Source of the DNA: a virus
Reading direction: 5' to 3' (one strand)
IMG/VR virus record: IMGVR_UViG_3300037420_000837
Location: 1 to 64,000 of that record
DNA: 64,000 nucleotides
In this document: positions 62,502 to 64,000 of the stretch, piece by piece
Position numbering within the stretch: position 1 is the stretch's first letter
Layout of the letters: each line of letters begins with the position of its first letter
Translations under genes and position numbers: made by a program
Notes under the pieces: generated by a model
What the model was told of the DNA's origin: nothing
The model's input: the letters and a program-made list of their open reading frames with translations, nothing else
The model's database searches: none

Positions 62502-62821
62502 TAAGGGTTTGAGGGGGCTTTTGTGTCTGATAGAACCCCGGCTGCAGCCAAGCTTGCCTTGACCGCCTCCACTTGAGCCTTCACATTCAGCAAGGCCGTG
62601 TGGGTTTCTTCAGACTTCGCCACCTGCTCCATGATTAAGGTTTGAACATCGGTTTCAAAACCAACTGCAGTGGTTCCAGCATCCTCAACAGCCTTGTCGA
62701 GTGCCATGACATTGAGGGTGTGGATGTTGTCCGTGGAGGGGTCATCGCAGCACCGCAGGGTGACTGCGATTTCTCCATTGGACAGGTCTTTGATTTCAAT
62801 TACTTTAGTAACACATGCCAT
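62501..62821 (-). CDS. hypothetical protein
   Basis: 106 aa ORF. Confidence 0.4.
   Translation of the reverse strand: MACVTKVIEIKDLSNGEIAVTLRCCDDPSTDNIHTLNVMALDKAVEDAGTTAVGFETDVQTLIMEQVAKSEETHTALLNVKAQVEAVKASLAAAGVLSDTKAPSNP
62511..62533 (-). repeat. 25-nt motif copy about 10 nt upstream of start of 62232..62501
   Basis: GAGGGGGCTTTTGTGTCTGATAG on plus strand. Confidence 0.8.
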
Positions 62822-62824
62822 AAA

Positions 62825-63955
62825 TTAGACAGGCTTCAGGTTGTGCACGCGAACGCCCCGGGCGAAGTAGGTGTGCCAAGGTTCTACGAGGCGCTTGACT
62901 TTCATCGAAGGGCGATGGGTGCAGGTCGGAGGAGACCTGAGTTCATACCACCTACCACCTTCGAGCTCGACGAGGTCGCCAGCTTGGAGGGTGTCGGCGC
63001 GTTTGAAGACGGAGACTAGAGTCCCCGGAGCCATGGCTAGACGCCCGTTGGGGGTGTCGATTTCTACCCACTCAGAGTTTGAGACAAGGGTCTCAACCAC
63101 TTCGGAGTCGGGGTAGTAGGAGACTGGAGTGCCTTCCTCGACACATGCTGAGCCACCCCCTGAGCCACCTGAACCTGCAGAAGTTGTAATCTTCCCGAGG
63201 TAGATACGTCCTTCAGCTGCGGTGAGAGTAGTGGTTGTCAGTGTCGCTTGGTAGGTGACTGCGCCTCCGGTGTAATTCGGGTCATCTACGTAGACGTAGT
63301 AAGTGCCGAAGGCCCCCGGGTTCACGGAACCTGAGTTGTAGCTTACTGTTCCGAAGCCGTACTGAAGGGTGAAGGCCGCGACGTTGATGGTTGTAGAGCC
63401 TGCTACGGAACTGAGCTGCGCGATGTTGGCAAAGCCGTTGGAATTAACGGGAGCATTTTCCTGCGTGTTGCTCTGCTTGACTATCGACCACGAATCGTAC
63501 CGGACATCCCACTCAAGGCTGTTGGTGATGGTGATGGGTGCGCCAGTGGTGTTGGTCGCATCGGCGTAGGCTAGAAGTTTTGCATATGCCCACGGATTCG
63601 CGCCAGCGGCAGGGATAGTGACAACCTTCCTAGTCAGGAAGTAAGGAAACCCGCCAGTGGTACTAGAAAAAACGGTTAGCTGTGAAACAATGGTATCGGT
63701 GTTGTCGTAGAGATTGAGGACAGCTCCCATACTATAGGTGATGCCTGCAGTAGGTCCCGACAGGCGCTGAGAGTTTGCGTAGAAAGAAACTACGTACTGC
63801 TGTCCTGCCACAATGGGAATTTTGGTTTGCTGTTCTACGTCTGCATAGTAGCGAGTGCCTGCTGGGATAGTACTACTTGGAGCGATTGAGAAATATAAGT
63901 TAGCATTTCCTGTATGGCTCTGAGCGGCGGTAGTGTCCCGCTGTGCAGTAAACAC
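62825..63955 (-). CDS. beta-rich tail-fiber-like protein with Gly/Ser linker and C-terminal Hint (intein/BIL-like) domain; frame stays open upstream to window edge
   Basis: SGGSGGGS linker then Cys-initiated about 100-aa module ending GVRVHN-LKPV (Cys1...His-Asn terminus typical of Hint domains); in-frame ATG also at 63982. Confidence 0.5.
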   Translation of the reverse strand: MFTAQRDTTAAQSHTGNANLYFSIAPSSTIPAGTRYYADVEQQTKIPIVAGQQYVVSFYANSQRLSGPTAGITYSMGAVLNLYDNTDTIVSQLTVFSSTTGGFPYFLTRKVVTIPAAGANPWAYAKLLAYADATNTTGAPITITNSLEWDVRYDSWSIVKQSNTQENAPVNSNGFANIAQLSSVAGSTTINVAAFTLQYGFGTVSYNSGSVNPGAFGTYYVYVDDPNYTGGAVTYQATLTTTTLTAAEGRIYLGKITTSAGSGGSGGGSACVEEGTPVSYYPDSEVVETLVSNSEWVEIDTPNGRLAMAPGTLVSVFKRADTLQAGDLVELEGGRWYELRSPPTCTHRPSMKVKRLVEPWHTYFARGVRVHNLKPV

Positions 63956-64000
63956 ACCTCCTACATTGCTACCCGGTTTCCATTGATAGGCGATATGTCC

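Noticed and set aside
1-64000. CRISPR array or rRNA genes
   Set aside because: No regularly spaced direct repeats with unique spacers and no rRNA-like conserved blocks were seen; the repeated 25-nt motif copies are irregularly spaced, in both orientations, and lack spacer structure.

Overview
This 64-kb, GC-rich (about 55-58 %) window looks like most of a tailed dsDNA phage or prophage genome. Genes sit in three strand blocks. Block 1 (1-10,865, minus strand) carries packaging and virion genes: small and large terminase, small beta-rich proteins, a Gly-rich tail-fiber-like protein, an FN3 protein with a putative depolymerase domain, a glutaredoxin and a putative portal. Block 2 starts after a 740-bp divergent control region (10,866-11,607) that holds a long G9-A-G10-A-G6 tract. 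It runs on the plus strand from 11,608 to 50,935 with about 75 genes: many small Cys-rich zinc-ribbon proteins, DUF2958, an AAA+ ATPase with an SPFH/band-7 protein, a PTH2 peptidyl-tRNA hydrolase, a gamma-glutamyl cyclotransferase, three paralogous amidoligase-like proteins, a class-II glutamine amidotransferase, a GNAT, an ATP-grasp ligase, an ECF-like sigma factor, an Rsr/Ro60-like TROVE+vWA protein, a SAM methyltransferase, a PD-(D/E)xK nuclease, a Sak4-like ATPase, a JAB/MPN peptidase, a family-A DNA polymerase with an N-terminal UDG-like domain, a P-loop ATPase, a DnaQ-like exonuclease and a MazG/DUF550-like protein. Block 3 (50,963-64,000, minus strand) carries a tyrosine integrase, a giant 2571-aa virion-type protein, Gln/Gly-rich virion-like proteins and a beta-rich fiber-like protein that ends in a Hint (intein-like) domain. 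No major capsid protein, CRISPR array or rRNA was recognised. Four unusual points: (i) five homologous 70-135-nt intergenic structured elements with tRNA-like T-arm and D-arm modules, two of them right after rsr, that are candidate Y-RNA/YrlA-like RNAs, plus a tRNA-like gene with an aberrant 6-nt anticodon loop; (ii) a roughly 25-nt motif CATCAGACnnnAAAAGCCCCCTTAG in at least 14 copies, mostly just upstream of start codons and four times as divergent inverted pairs flanking mini-ORFs; (iii) an Aravind-type amidoligase/GAT-II/GNAT/ATP-grasp/GGCT/JAB peptide-modification gene set with its own sigma factor; (iv) a C-terminal Hint domain on a tail-fiber-like protein. All calls are from reading the sequence; no searches were run.
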